Shown one piece after another: positions 7,487 to 17,299 of a DNA stretch of 64,000 nucleotides. The first letter of the stretch is position 1. Every line of letters starts with the position of its first letter. Below the pieces are notes generated by a model. The model was not told the DNA's origin, made no database searches, and saw only the letters and a program-made list of their open reading frames with translations. The stretch comes from Deltaproteobacteria bacterium (GTDB taxonomy: Bacteria; Desulfobacterota; Desulfobulbia; Desulfobulbales; JAGXFP01). The stretch lies in contig JAGVGT010000083.1 of the NCBI GenBank assembly GCA_020056965.1, positions 2,286-66,285 of the forward strand. The letters are read 5' to 3'. Position numbers and translations under genes: made by a program.

Positions 7487-10108
7487 TTATTCCTTTTTGC
7501 TCAACTTTTTTAATTCATACAAGAGGTTAAGGGCCTCCAGGGGGCTTAAACCATCGGGGCTAATTTCCGCCATGCGCAGGTGGAGGGGATCGGGCGGCGC
7601 CCCGAACAGGCTCATCTGGCTGGGCTGGCCGCTGGTTTCGATGGGGCCGGACAGCCGGGGCCGGCCGTTCTGGGTAAACTCCCCTTGCTCGATGTTGTGG
7701 AGGATCTCCTTGGCCCGGGCCACCACCCGGGGCGGCACCCCGGCCAGGGCCGCCACCTGGATGCCGTAGCTGCGGCTGGTCCCGCCGGGCAGCAGCTTGT
7801 GGAGGAAGATAATACTGTCGTCCCATTCGCGCACGGCGATGTGGTAATTTTTGATCCGCGGGATGGTCAGCGCCAGGTCGGTCAGTTCGTGGTAGTGGGT
7901 GGCGAAGATGGTCTTGACCCCCTTGCCGTCGCGGGTGGCCAGCTCCTCGCTGACCGCCCAGGCGATGGAAAGGCCATCGAAGGTGGAGGTGCCGCGGCCG
8001 ATCTCGTCGAGAATCACCAGGCTCTTCGGGGTGGCGTTGTTCAAGATATTGGCGGTCTCGTTCATCTCGACCATGAAGGTCGATTGGGCGCGGCGCAGGT
8101 CGTCCATGGCCCCGACCCGGGTGAAGATCCGGTCGACCAGACCGATTTTGGCCGCGGCGGCCGGCACGAAGCCGCCCATCTGGGCCATCAGGACGATCAG
8201 AGCGGTCTGCCGCAGCACCGTCGATTTACCGGCCATGTTGGGGCCGGTGATGATCAGCACCTGGTCGTCGCCCTGGTTGAGCAGCAGGTCGTTGGGCACG
8301 AAGCGCCCGGCCGGCAGGACCTGCTCGATCACCGGGTGGCGCCCCTCGCTGATGCTGATCTCGGCCGAGTCGTCCACCTCCGGCCGCACGTAGCGATGGC
8401 GGCGGGCAACCTCGGCCTGGCTGCAAAAGAAGTCGAGCTCGGCCACAAAAGCGGCGGCCTTGATGATCCTGGGGCTCTCGGCCGCGACCCGGGCGCGAAT
8501 CTCGACGAACAACCGGTACTCCAGCTCCAGCCGTTTCTCTTGGGCGCCGGCCACCTTCTCTTCAAACTCCTTAAGCTCCGGGGTAATGTAGCGCTCGGCG
8601 TTGACCAGGGTCTGCTTGCGGATGAAGTAGTCGGGAACGTTGGCCAGCTGGCCCTTGGTGACTTCCAGATAGTAGCCGAAGACCTTGTTGAAGCCGATCT
8701 TGAGGTTGCTGATCCCGGTGCGTTCCTTCTCGCCCCGCTCCAGCCCGGCGATCAGGGACTTACCCTCGGTGAGGATGGTCACCAACTCGTCCAGTTCACC
8801 GTTATAACCGGGGTTGATCAGGCCACCGTCGCGGATGGTGACCGGGGCGTCCTCGCGGAGCGATTCCTCCAGAAGTTGGCGGATTTCCGCCAGTTCGTCA
8901 AGGTCGGCGCAGGGGCTGGTTAAGACCCCGGCCGTCCCGGCCACCGCTTTGAGCTGTGGCAACTGGGCCAGGGATTGGGCCAGGGCGATGAGGTCGCGGC
9001 CGTTACCGTGGCCCAGGACGATGCGGCTGTTCAATCTCTCCAGGTCATAGACCCGGTCCAGGCAGGCGCGGATCGCCTCGGTCGCGACCGGCTCGCGGAG
9101 CAGTTGCTCGATGGTGTCCAGCCGGTGGTGGATGGCCGCCAAATCCTGGAGGGGGAAGAGCAGGTTATGCTTCAGAAGCCGGGCGCCCATGGGGGTGCGG
9201 GTCCGGTCCAGGCAGTGGAGCAGGGAGCCCTCGCGTTTGGCGCCGCTGATGGTCTGGGTCAGTTCCAGATTGCGGCGGGAGGATTCGTCGATCAGCAGCA
9301 CGTCCTTTAAGACCAGGGGCGAGATTCGCTCGATGTGCGCCAGTTCGCACTTCTGGGTCTCCCGCAGGTAGCCGATTAGCGCCCCGGCGGCGGTGAGCCC
9401 GGCGGTGAGTTCAGCGCAACCGAAACCGGCCAGGTTGGCGACCCGGAAATGCTCCAGCAGTAGATCCCGGCAGGTCTCGGGCTGGAAGCTGGAGGGTGGT
9501 TTCTTGGTCAAGCAGAGATTGGCGGGCCAGAAGGGCGCCTCGCCCAGCTCGCTTAAGCGGTTGGCCTCGATCAGCAGTTCCGAGGGTTGCAGGCGGTGTA
9601 ACTCATCGAATAACTCGCTCACCTCCTCGCGCTCGGCGACCAGGAACTCGCCGGTGGAGAGGTCGAGAAAACTTAAGCCCCAGCGGCCTTGACCGAAGGC
9701 GATACTGGCCAGATAACGGTTGGACTTGTCGTCCAGGAGCAGCGCCTCGGTGACCAGTCCGGGGGTGACCACCCGCACCACCTCCCGTTTGACCACCCCC
9801 TTGGCCTCTTTGGGGTCTTCCATCTGCTCGCAGACCGCCACCCGGTGGCCGGCCTTGACCAGCTTGGCCAGATATCCGGCGGCGGCATGGTAGGGCACCC
9901 CGCACAGGGGGATGCGCTTGTCCTCGTCGTCCTTCTGGTTGCGAGAGGTCAGGGTGATGCCGAGGACCTTCGAAGCGATTTGCGCGTCCTCGAAGAACAT
10001 CTCGTAGAAGTCACCCAGCCGGTAGAAGAGGATGGCGTCCTGATGCTGCTCCTTGATTTCCAGGTATTGCCGGAGCATGGGGGTGAGTTTGTCGGGGGTA
10101 ACGCTCAT
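7487..10108 (-). CDS. mutS: DNA mismatch repair protein MutS
   Basis: TPMLRQY, GDFYEMFFEDA, TGPNMAGKST, STFMVEM, DEIGRGTST; C-terminal QMSLF clamp motif. Confidence 0.99.
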   Translation of the reverse strand: MSVTPDKLTPMLRQYLEIKEQHQDAILFYRLGDFYEMFFEDAQIASKVLGITLTSRNQKDDEDKRIPLCGVPYHAAAGYLAKLVKAGHRVAVCEQMEDPKEAKGVVKREVVRVVTPGLVTEALLLDDKSNRYLASIAFGQGRWGLSFLDLSTGEFLVAEREEVSELFDELHRLQPSELLIEANRLSELGEAPFWPANLCLTKKPPSSFQPETCRDLLLEHFRVANLAGFGCAELTAGLTAAGALIGYLRETQKCELAHIERISPLVLKDVLLIDESSRRNLELTQTISGAKREGSLLHCLDRTRTPMGARLLKHNLLFPLQDLAAIHHRLDTIEQLLREPVATEAIRACLDRVYDLERLNSRIVLGHGNGRDLIALAQSLAQLPQLKAVAGTAGVLTSPCADLDELAEIRQLLEESLREDAPVTIRDGGLINPGYNGELDELVTILTEGKSLIAGLERGEKERTGISNLKIGFNKVFGYYLEVTKGQLANVPDYFIRKQTLVNAERYITPELKEFEEKVAGAQEKRLELEYRLFVEIRARVAAESPRIIKAAAFVAELDFFCSQAEVARRHRYVRPEVDDSAEISISEGRHPVIEQVLPAGRFVPNDLLLNQGDDQVLIITGPNMAGKSTVLRQTALIVLMAQMGGFVPAAAAKIGLVDRIFTRVGAMDDLRRAQSTFMVEMNETANILNNATPKSLVILDEIGRGTSTFDGLSIAWAVSEELATRDGKGVKTIFATHYHELTDLALTIPRIKNYHIAVREWDDSIIFLHKLLPGGTSRSYGIQVAALAGVPPRVVARAKEILHNIEQGEFTQNGRPRLSGPIETSGQPSQMSLFGAPPDPLHLRMAEISPDGLSPLEALNLLYELKKLSKKE

Positions 10109-10153
10109 TTATGAACTCCTGTGGGCGAAGCGAAATTTCTTAAGATTACCGAC

Positions 10154-10196
10154 GAACCGCAGAATATCGAATATCCAACCGCAGAACCGCAGAAGT
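10154..10196. repeat. AACCGCAG/AATATCG short-unit repeat array (one arm)
   Basis: GAACCGCAGAATATCGAATATCCAACCGCAGAACCGCAGAAGT; same units as 18388-18516. Confidence 0.7.
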
Positions 10197-10260
10197 AAAA
10201 AGAATATAACCTATTGCGCCTATCGGTCATTATTGGGATATCCCGGTTCCGGGTACTATC

Positions 10261-10290
10261 GTAGGTCGGGTTAGCGAAGCGTAACCCGAC
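10261..10290. repeat. GTAG-type REP element
   Basis: GTAG followed by the palindrome GTCGGGTTA-GCGAAGCG-TAACCCGAC. Confidence 0.8.
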
Positions 10291-10294
10291 AACG

Positions 10295-10384
10295 TCACTC
10301 ATGTCCTACCGCCGCAATCTCTACTTCCCCCTGCCCCCAATCCGCCGGATAAATACCCGCCTCCACAAAACGGTGAAAACTCGC
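10295..10384 (-). pseudogene. C-terminal remnant of a REP-associated tyrosine transposase (RAYT)
   Basis: Translates ASFHRFVEAGIYPADWG..., resembling the RAYT C-terminal SSFHRYVxxGxYPxDWG; stop lies 4 bp from a GTAG REP. Confidence 0.65.
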
Positions 10385-10476
10385 TGGTCCGGGGCGGCCT
10401 CGAAGATGCAGCCTTGGTATTTCTCGGCCTGGCCGAGGATGTGTTCCATGCGCCAGGGGGTCCAGAGGTTCTTCAT
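10321..10476 (-). pseudogene. Truncated HIT-family hydrolase (N-terminal ~30 codons only)
   Basis: MKNLWTPWRMEHILGQAEKYQGCIFE matches the LWxPWRxxY...GCIF start of FHIT-like HIT proteins; ATGA-coupled to the upstream gene; no HxHxH motif before the stop. Confidence 0.75.
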
Positions 10477-10976
10477 GGCCAGGGGGTGACCTCGCAAATC
10501 TGGCCGGCCAGTTCACTGCCCACGGTCAGGATGGCGTAGGTGGGCGGGGCGCCGTGGCGGCCGGGGGCGGTGAAGCTGCCGGGATTAAGCATCAGGGTTC
10601 CGCCCAGTTGGTGGCAGGCCGGGCGGTGGGTGTGGCCGTAGACAATGCAGTCGGCCTCACCGAAGGCGGTGAAGAGGCGCTCCTCGATGTTGCTGTAACC
10701 GAAGGCATCGCCGTGGACCAGGACGAGGTTGAAGCCGCCCACTTTGAAGGTGCGCAGGGCAGGCAGGGCGGCGGCGCTCTCCCGGTCGCACATGTTGCCG
10801 TGCACCGCCAGCACCTCCTTGGGGGCAAAGGCGGCCAGGATGGCCGGACTGGTCAGATCGCCGGCGTGGAGGACCAGATCGACCCCGGCGAAGCAGGCCG
10901 CCACCTGGGCCTGGAAGCGGTCGGTCAGTCCGGTCAGATGGGTGTCGGAAAGGATGCCGATCCTGGTGGTTGCCAT
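10473..10976 (-). CDS. YfcE-family metallophosphoesterase
   Basis: ILSDTH, HAGD, VHGNMC, GHTH, NPGS. Confidence 0.92.
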   Translation of the reverse strand: MATTRIGILSDTHLTGLTDRFQAQVAACFAGVDLVLHAGDLTSPAILAAFAPKEVLAVHGNMCDRESAAALPALRTFKVGGFNLVLVHGDAFGYSNIEERLFTAFGEADCIVYGHTHRPACHQLGGTLMLNPGSFTAPGRHGAPPTYAILTVGSELAGQICEVTPWP

Positions 10977-11044
10977 GGTTCTGGTGGTTGGGAGGTTTGC
11001 GAAAGTGTCGGCGCAGAGGCCTGGTTGCTGGTCGTGTCGGACTG

Positions 11045-11404
11045 TTACAGTAACGGCGAAAGTACCCGGGCCGCCTCGGCCAGACTGATCCCGCCAATGG
11101 TCAGCCGCTTGCTGCGGCTCTGGCTGCCGCTTTCCAGGGAGATCGAGCCCTTGGGCACCCGGAAAAGCTTGGCCAGAAAAGCGATCACCTGGCTGTTGGC
11201 CTGGCCTTCCACGGGCGGCGCGGTGATTGCCAGTTTCAGCCGACCATCGTGCAGGCCAATGACCCCGACCCGGCTGGCCCGGGGTTGTACGTAAATGCTC
11301 AGGCTTACCAACCCCGCGCCGTTGGCGCTCAGGCAGGGCGGCGGTGCGTTGGCCGGCGCGTCTTTGGCCGAACCGGAGCCAGGACCGTCAGGCCCTTTTT
11401 TCAC
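11045..11404 (-). CDS. DUF167 (YggU) family protein
   Basis: VQPRASR, LKLAITAPPVEGQAN, GSQSRSK. Confidence 0.92.
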   Translation of the reverse strand: MKKGPDGPGSGSAKDAPANAPPPCLSANGAGLVSLSIYVQPRASRVGVIGLHDGRLKLAITAPPVEGQANSQVIAFLAKLFRVPKGSISLESGSQSRSKRLTIGGISLAEAARVLSPLL

Positions 11405-12450
11405 CGTTTGTAGCGGTCGTCGTTGCCCCGGATGGAGATCGACGGTTCCAGGTCGTCCAGCGGGTCTTCCAGGGTGAAGAGCATGTCGCGTTCCAGGCCG
11501 GCAATAGAAATGTCCTGGGGCTGGCGGGTAACTCCCGTAGCGGTGGCGGGGAGTTCCTCGGCCTCAGTGTTGTCTTCGAGGTCCAGGGTGTCGATGTCGT
11601 TCAACTCCAGGGCGGCGAATTCTTCGTCCGTATTGCGGACGTTGCCGGTGCTGGTCATGGGCGCCGGTTCCAGCATATCCTCGGCAAGGTCGATCTTCTC
11701 ATAGAGGTTGTCGAGGGAATCGTCCAGGTTGTCGGACGTCGCTTCCGCGGCCTCCCGTTGGGCGAGGGGCTGGGCTGCGCCCCAGAGCCCGGTTGGTCTT
11801 GGCCGGGTTTCCGGGCCATCGGCAAAGGTCGCCGGTGTTGCCACCGGTTCTTGGGGGGGCAGGACCGGTTCCGGTGGCGGTAACGTTTGCAAACCCCGCA
11901 GGCTGGCCGGCATCCCTTCTTCCAGGTGAGTAAGGTAGTCTTCCAGCAACCGGCGCAGGTCGGAGGTAATCCCCTCCTTGATGGCGACCAACCGGTTGAC
12001 GTCAGCGGTGAGGGAGACCATTTTGGCGCCCAGGTTTTCCACCATCTCCCGGGACTTGCTCTCGGCCAGCTCCCGGATCGTGGCGGCCTCCTGGTTGGCT
12101 CGGAGCAGAGTGGCTTCGGCCTCGGCCTTGCTCCTGGCCTCTAGCTCGGCGGCTTCCTGTTTGGCCTTACTGACGGTCTCCTCCGACTCGCGGCGGCTGC
12201 GCTCCTGCATCTCGTCGCTGATCCTTTGGGCCGAGATGATGGCAGTTTGGAAGCCCTGCTCCTTGTTGCGGAAGTTGGCGATCTCTTTTTCCAGGGTATC
12301 GATCCGCTCAAAAGCCTGCTTGTGCTCAAGAGAGAGGACCAGAAACTCCTCGGAGATCTTCTCCAGGAACTTGTCCACCTCGTCAACGTCGAAACCGCGC
12401 AGGCGAACATGGAACTGTTTTGATTGGATGTCTTGGGGGGTGATGGTCAT
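11401..12450 (-). CDS. DivIVA domain protein with coiled coil and long acidic tail
   Basis: ITPQDIQSKQFHVRLRGFDVDEVDKFL. Confidence 0.9.
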   Translation of the reverse strand: MTITPQDIQSKQFHVRLRGFDVDEVDKFLEKISEEFLVLSLEHKQAFERIDTLEKEIANFRNKEQGFQTAIISAQRISDEMQERSRRESEETVSKAKQEAAELEARSKAEAEATLLRANQEAATIRELAESKSREMVENLGAKMVSLTADVNRLVAIKEGITSDLRRLLEDYLTHLEEGMPASLRGLQTLPPPEPVLPPQEPVATPATFADGPETRPRPTGLWGAAQPLAQREAAEATSDNLDDSLDNLYEKIDLAEDMLEPAPMTSTGNVRNTDEEFAALELNDIDTLDLEDNTEAEELPATATGVTRQPQDISIAGLERDMLFTLEDPLDDLEPSISIRGNDDRYKR

Positions 12451-12487
12451 TGCTTGTGGCTCCTTGGTTCGGCGGCGGCCCGTTGAT

Positions 12488-12805
12488 TTAATGCCCGGTC
12501 ATGGCCAGCTGCTGCAGGGTTGGGACGATAAAGCTTTGCAGAAAATAAATAATCAGGATCAGAATCATCGGTGAAAAATCCAGGCTGCCGCCCAGAATTG
12601 GCACAACCCGGCGGATTCTGGAGAGCAGAGGTTCGGTTATATCATAGATGAAGCGAACGATCGGGTTGTAGGGATCGGCGTTGACCCAGGAGATGATGAC
12701 CCGGCCGATGATCACCCACATATAGGCACTGAGGACTATGTTTAGCACACCTGCTATGGAGCGCAGGAAATTACTGAGGGTGAGGGAGAACATATCGTTT
12801 ACCAC
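12488..12805 (-). CDS. YggT family membrane protein
   Basis: IISWVNADPYNPIVRFIYDITEPLL, LDFSP. Confidence 0.93.
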   Translation of the reverse strand: MVNDMFSLTLSNFLRSIAGVLNIVLSAYMWVIIGRVIISWVNADPYNPIVRFIYDITEPLLSRIRRVVPILGGSLDFSPMILILIIYFLQSFIVPTLQQLAMTGH

Positions 12806-12908
12806 CTAGGGTCGTATTGACGGCGTTTAATAAAAGAATAATTTATAAAAAACAACAGGTTAGCCGATAAAACAAGATATTTTTTATCTTTTGTTACTGT
12901 GCGGTGGT

Positions 12909-14858
12909 TCAGGCCACCTTGCTACCGGCCGGCAGGCACCCGGCCAGGGTTGAGACCACCAGGCGCTCGCCGTCCTTGGCGGCCAGGACCATGCCCTGGG
13001 AGGTGATGCCCATCAGCTTGGCCGGCTTGAGGTTGGCGACGATGATCACCTGTTTGCCGATCAATTCCTCGGGGCTGTAATGGGCGGCGATTCCGGCCAC
13101 GATGGTGCGCTCTTCCGGGGCCTTGACGGTAAGCTTCAGGAGCCGGTCCGATTTGGCCACCTTTTCGGCGGCGACGATCTCGGCTACCCGCAGGTCGAGC
13201 TTTTGGAATTGCTCATAGGTGATCAATCCCTCGGTGTCGTCGGCGGCAGGAGGCGGGGCGGTGGGCGCGGCCGCCATCGCTGCCGCCGGTTGGGACGGTT
13301 TGACCTTTGGGGCCGGGGCCGGTTGATTACCCGGTTTTTTCATTTCCAGTCGGGGGAAGAGCGATTCGCCGGGTTGAATGGCCGAGCCGACCGGTAGCAG
13401 TCCCCAGGTGCTGTGGGCCGCCAGGTCGGGCTCGTTTGTCAGCCCCAAGGTGGCGGCCATTTTGCCGGCGGTTTCCGGCATGACCGGATGCATGGTCAGG
13501 GTGATCAGCCGCAGGGTCTCCAGCAGGGTGTTGAGGACCGTCTCCAACCGCTCCCGGTGGGTCGGATCCTTGGCCAGCTCCCAGGGGGCATTGGTGACGA
13601 TGTATTTGTTGGCCAGGCTGATCACCTGCCAGACCGCCTGCAGGGCCCGGTTGAAGGCGAACCCGTTCATCTGCTCGCGGTACTCGGCGACCATGGCCAG
13701 GGCCGCATCGCGCATCTCCCGGTCACCTTCGGCCAGCGGTCCGGCCGGGGGAACCTGGGCGGCGCAAAAATTCTTGACCATGGTCAGCGAGCGGCTGAAG
13801 AGGTTGCCCAGGTCGTTGGCCAGATCGGTGTTCTGGCGGGTCAGCAGCGTCGCGGGGCTGTATGAAGAATCCAGGCCGAAGGTCATCTCCCGCAGCAGGA
13901 AGTAGCGGGTGGCGTCCACCCCGAACTGGGCGACCAGGTCGGCCGGGCGCACCACGTTGCCCAACGATTTCGACATCTTGGTCTCGTTGATGTTCCAGTA
14001 CCCGTGCACGTGCAGACGGCGGAAAGGGGCCAGCCCCAGGGAACGCAGCATGGTCGGCCAGTAGATGGCGTGGGGCTTCAAAATGTCCTTGGCGATGATG
14101 TGCTCGGCCCCGCTCCAGAGCTCGGCGAAGTCGGCTCCGTCCGGATAGCCGATGCCGGTCAGGTAATTGATCAGGGCGTCGAACCAGACATAGGTGACGA
14201 ACTTGGCGTCGAAGGGCAAGGGGATGCCCCAGGTCAGGCGGCTGGTGGGCCGGGAGATGCAGAGATCCTCCAGCGGTTCCTTGAGGAAGGAGAGGACCTC
14301 GTTGCGGTAGCGCTCCGGGGTGATGAAGTCGGGGTTGGTCTGAATATGGTCGATCAGCCACCCCTGGTACTTGGACATCCGGAAGAAGTAGTTCTGCTCG
14401 GTGATCTGGGCCGGCGGGGTCAGATGGTCCGGGCAGTTGCCCGCCACCAGTTCCTTTTCGGTCAGGAAGCGTTCGCAGCCCTGGCAGTAGAGACCGGAGT
14501 ACTCGCTGAAGTAGATGTCGCCCTGGTCGTAAACCTTTTGCAGGATGGCCTGGACGGTGCGGATGTGCTCGGGGTCGGTGGTGCGGATGAAGTGGTCGGG
14601 CTGGACGGCTAGGGGCGGCCAGGCCTCCCGGAAGAGGTTGCTGATTCGGTCCGCGTATTCTTTAGGGGTCTGGCCGGATGCCGCTGCGGCGGCGGCGATC
14701 TTGTCGCCGTGTTCATCGGTGCCGGTCTGAAAGTGGACCTTTTCACCGGCCAATCTTTTGAAGCGGCTGATGGTGTCGGCGACGATGGCGGTGTAAGCGT
14801 GGCCCAGATGGGGTTGGGCGTTGACGTAAAAGATCGGGGTGGTGAAGTAGGTGCTCAT
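12909..14858 (-). CDS. metG: Methionine--tRNA ligase with C-terminal tRNA-binding domain
   Basis: TTPIFYVN, HLGH, GTDEHG, YVWFDAL, KMSKS. Confidence 0.99.
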   Translation of the reverse strand: MSTYFTTPIFYVNAQPHLGHAYTAIVADTISRFKRLAGEKVHFQTGTDEHGDKIAAAAAASGQTPKEYADRISNLFREAWPPLAVQPDHFIRTTDPEHIRTVQAILQKVYDQGDIYFSEYSGLYCQGCERFLTEKELVAGNCPDHLTPPAQITEQNYFFRMSKYQGWLIDHIQTNPDFITPERYRNEVLSFLKEPLEDLCISRPTSRLTWGIPLPFDAKFVTYVWFDALINYLTGIGYPDGADFAELWSGAEHIIAKDILKPHAIYWPTMLRSLGLAPFRRLHVHGYWNINETKMSKSLGNVVRPADLVAQFGVDATRYFLLREMTFGLDSSYSPATLLTRQNTDLANDLGNLFSRSLTMVKNFCAAQVPPAGPLAEGDREMRDAALAMVAEYREQMNGFAFNRALQAVWQVISLANKYIVTNAPWELAKDPTHRERLETVLNTLLETLRLITLTMHPVMPETAGKMAATLGLTNEPDLAAHSTWGLLPVGSAIQPGESLFPRLEMKKPGNQPAPAPKVKPSQPAAAMAAAPTAPPPAADDTEGLITYEQFQKLDLRVAEIVAAEKVAKSDRLLKLTVKAPEERTIVAGIAAHYSPEELIGKQVIIVANLKPAKLMGITSQGMVLAAKDGERLVVSTLAGCLPAGSKVA

Positions 14859-14953
14859 GCAATATGCCTATGGTTCGGCCCCCCCTGTCATGTGCGAGGC
14901 GGCCGGGGTTATGGTCTGGTTTGCCGGCTGTCAAAGGCAGGGGCAGGGAAAGC

Positions 14954-16060
14954 CTATTCCTCCGTGGAACTATCGCCGGATTCGCTGCCTGCGTCACTCC
15001 GGACTTTCGGTTCCACATCGGAGCCGTCCCGCCTCTTGCCTTTCGGACGGCGGGGCCGTTCCCGGGGTGGGCGGGGCTGCCGCCGGTCGGTGGCCGGTGC
15101 GGCGGTCGAAACCACGGTCGGGGCGACAGTCCTGGGGGCGCCGGGAAGCAGGAGCGGTTCCCATTCCTGCCGGGTCAGAACCCGCAGGCCATCGGGCCCG
15201 CCCGGGCCGGAAATCACGGTGACGGTACCTTTCAGGACGTTGGTCTGGATCACCTTCAACTCGACGCCCTCCAGGACCAGGATTTTGCCGGGTTTGGGCA
15301 TGCCCTTGCGCAGGGCGTGGTAGGTGTCGTATTCGTAGGTCAGGCAACAGAGCAGCCGGTTGCAAACCCCGGAGATCTTGGCGGGGTTCAGGGGCAGGTT
15401 TTGCTCCTTGGCCATCTTGATCGAAACCGGCGCGAAGTTGTTGATGAAGGTGGCGCAGCAAAGTTCCCGGCCGCAGCAGCCGATGCCGCCGATCATCTTG
15501 GTTTCGTGGCGGACGCCGATCTGGCGGATTTCCACCCGGGTCCGGAATTCCTGGACCAGGTCCTTGACCAGTTCGCGGAAGTCCACCCGGTTTTCGGCGG
15601 TGAAATAGAAGATTACCTTGCTGCCGTTGAAGTAGCGCTCCACCCGGATCAGTTTCATGTCCAGCTTGTGCTTGGCGATGTGGGTCTGGCAGGTCTTGAA
15701 GGCCTCGGTTTCTCGGCTCACCAGGCTTTCGAACTTATCCATCTCGTCCCGGTTGGCGCGGCGGCTGATCGTATAGGTGGCCTGGGTCGCGCCGGTCTGG
15801 GGTTGATCCTGGAAGTCCGGCCCGGGTCCGGTGAGGGTGGCCGGTTCGGGACCGTGCTCGGTTTGAACCATCACCACCTCGTCCCGGCTCAGACCGGCCA
15901 GACGGGAAACGGCTGAGAAGGGAGGGGTGCCCGTTCGGAAGCGCACATAATAATGGTAGCTCGGCGCTGATGACTCATTGGCAGGCAGGGCGGGAGCTGC
16001 CTCTGGTGTAGCCAGCTCGGCTGGTTGGTCGTCGGTCGGATCTGGTGAATTATCCTGCAA
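14954..16060 (-). CDS. PSP1/RicT (YaaT) family protein
   Basis: RVDFRELVKDL, QIGVR, CGRELCC, MAKEQ, CNRLLCCL; holB-ricT-metG gene order. Confidence 0.92.
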   Translation of the reverse strand: MQDNSPDPTDDQPAELATPEAAPALPANESSAPSYHYYVRFRTGTPPFSAVSRLAGLSRDEVVMVQTEHGPEPATLTGPGPDFQDQPQTGATQATYTISRRANRDEMDKFESLVSRETEAFKTCQTHIAKHKLDMKLIRVERYFNGSKVIFYFTAENRVDFRELVKDLVQEFRTRVEIRQIGVRHETKMIGGIGCCGRELCCATFINNFAPVSIKMAKEQNLPLNPAKISGVCNRLLCCLTYEYDTYHALRKGMPKPGKILVLEGVELKVIQTNVLKGTVTVISGPGGPDGLRVLTRQEWEPLLLPGAPRTVAPTVVSTAAPATDRRQPRPPRERPRRPKGKRRDGSDVEPKVRSDAGSESGDSSTEE

Positions 16061-16225
16061 AATGGATCCTATATTTGCTGAAGCTGTGACAACATTTATA
16101 CCCGGTCGGACCCTCGATTCCTTGATCCTTCGGCTGGCTCGGGTTCAGGAAGAACGGAATAACTGTTTGAAAGTACGTGGGCAGCCCTTTTTGTTGGAGC
16201 CGGTTATTTTAACAGCTGCCCCTGG

Positions 16226-17221
16226 TTAAAGCAATCCAAAGTAAAGGACCTCGCAGACCAGCGCCCGGTTGCAATTGCGGGCCAGCTGTCTTTCCGCCTG
16301 TTCGAAAAGTCGGAACCGGGCGGGCAGTTCGGCCAGGGGCCAGCGGGTCTGCCCCTGGGTCAGGGCTTCTCGAAGATCGAGGTTGACGATCCGGGTTGGC
16401 TGGTGGTGGTGAATGAGCAGGAGATCGCGGAACCAGAGTTTCAAGAGTCCCAAAAATTGCGGCAGCAATTCGCCAAGTCCGGCGGCGCTTTCGGCCAGGG
16501 CGAAAATCGTCTCGGCGGTATTGGCCCGGCTGGGGCGCAAGTCGAGAAGGGTGGTTATCGCAGTCCGGCGTAGTTCCAGAAGGTCAAGGGTGGCCAGTTG
16601 GCGGGCCTGGCCCAGGCTGCCGCCGCCGAGGGCCGCCAGGGTGGCGGCGGTTTCCGGGGCGCTGCCCTCGGACACCAGTTCCCGGGCCACCTGGTCAAGG
16701 GGGAGAGGGGTAAGGGGGATTTGCTGGCAGCGGGAGGTGATGGTCGGCAGGATTTCGCTGGCCCCGTCGCCGGTGAGGATCAAGAGATTGCCAGGAGGCG
16801 GTTCCTCAAGGATCTTCAAGAGGCTGTTGGCCGCCTCCCTTCGCATGGTGTGGACTTCGCTGATCAGGACGATCCGCAACCGCGCTTCCAGGGGCGGGAA
16901 GGTCAGGGCTCGTTTAAGTTCGCGGATCTGGGCGATCTTGATGGCCGCCCCGTCCGGTTCGATCAGCAGCCGGTCCGGATGGTTGCCGCTCCTGAGCTTG
17001 CGGCAGGAGCGGCAGTGGCCGCAGGCGTCTTGTTCCGGTACCGGCTCCAGGCAGTTGAGGTAATTGCCGAAGGCCCGGGCCAGGCTTTTCTTGCCAACCC
17101 CGCTGGGGCCTCGAAAGAGGTAGGCGTGGGCCAGCCGGCCACCCCCGGCCGCTCGGCGCAGCATGGTCTTGGCCTTCTCCTGGCCGAGGATGTCATTAAT
17201 GGTGAAGTAGTCTTGGGGCAT
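16226..17221 (-). CDS. holB: DNA polymerase III subunit delta'
   Basis: HAYLFRGPSGVGK, CGHCRSC, HPD, AANSLLKILEEPP, TITSRC. Confidence 0.95.
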   Translation of the reverse strand: MPQDYFTINDILGQEKAKTMLRRAAGGGRLAHAYLFRGPSGVGKKSLARAFGNYLNCLEPVPEQDACGHCRSCRKLRSGNHPDRLLIEPDGAAIKIAQIRELKRALTFPPLEARLRIVLISEVHTMRREAANSLLKILEEPPPGNLLILTGDGASEILPTITSRCQQIPLTPLPLDQVARELVSEGSAPETAATLAALGGGSLGQARQLATLDLLELRRTAITTLLDLRPSRANTAETIFALAESAAGLGELLPQFLGLLKLWFRDLLLIHHHQPTRIVNLDLREALTQGQTRWPLAELPARFRLFEQAERQLARNCNRALVCEVLYFGLL

Positions 17222-17299
17222 GGGAAACCTTTCTTAGCTGCGAAGCGCGAAAACTGCCCCGACAGGCCGGCCCAGGCGGTTCTGGAGCCTGGCGCCCGC

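Noticed and set aside
10105-10302. 65-aa ORF upstream of mutS
   Set aside because: Composed of REP and tandem-repeat sequence; likely spurious.
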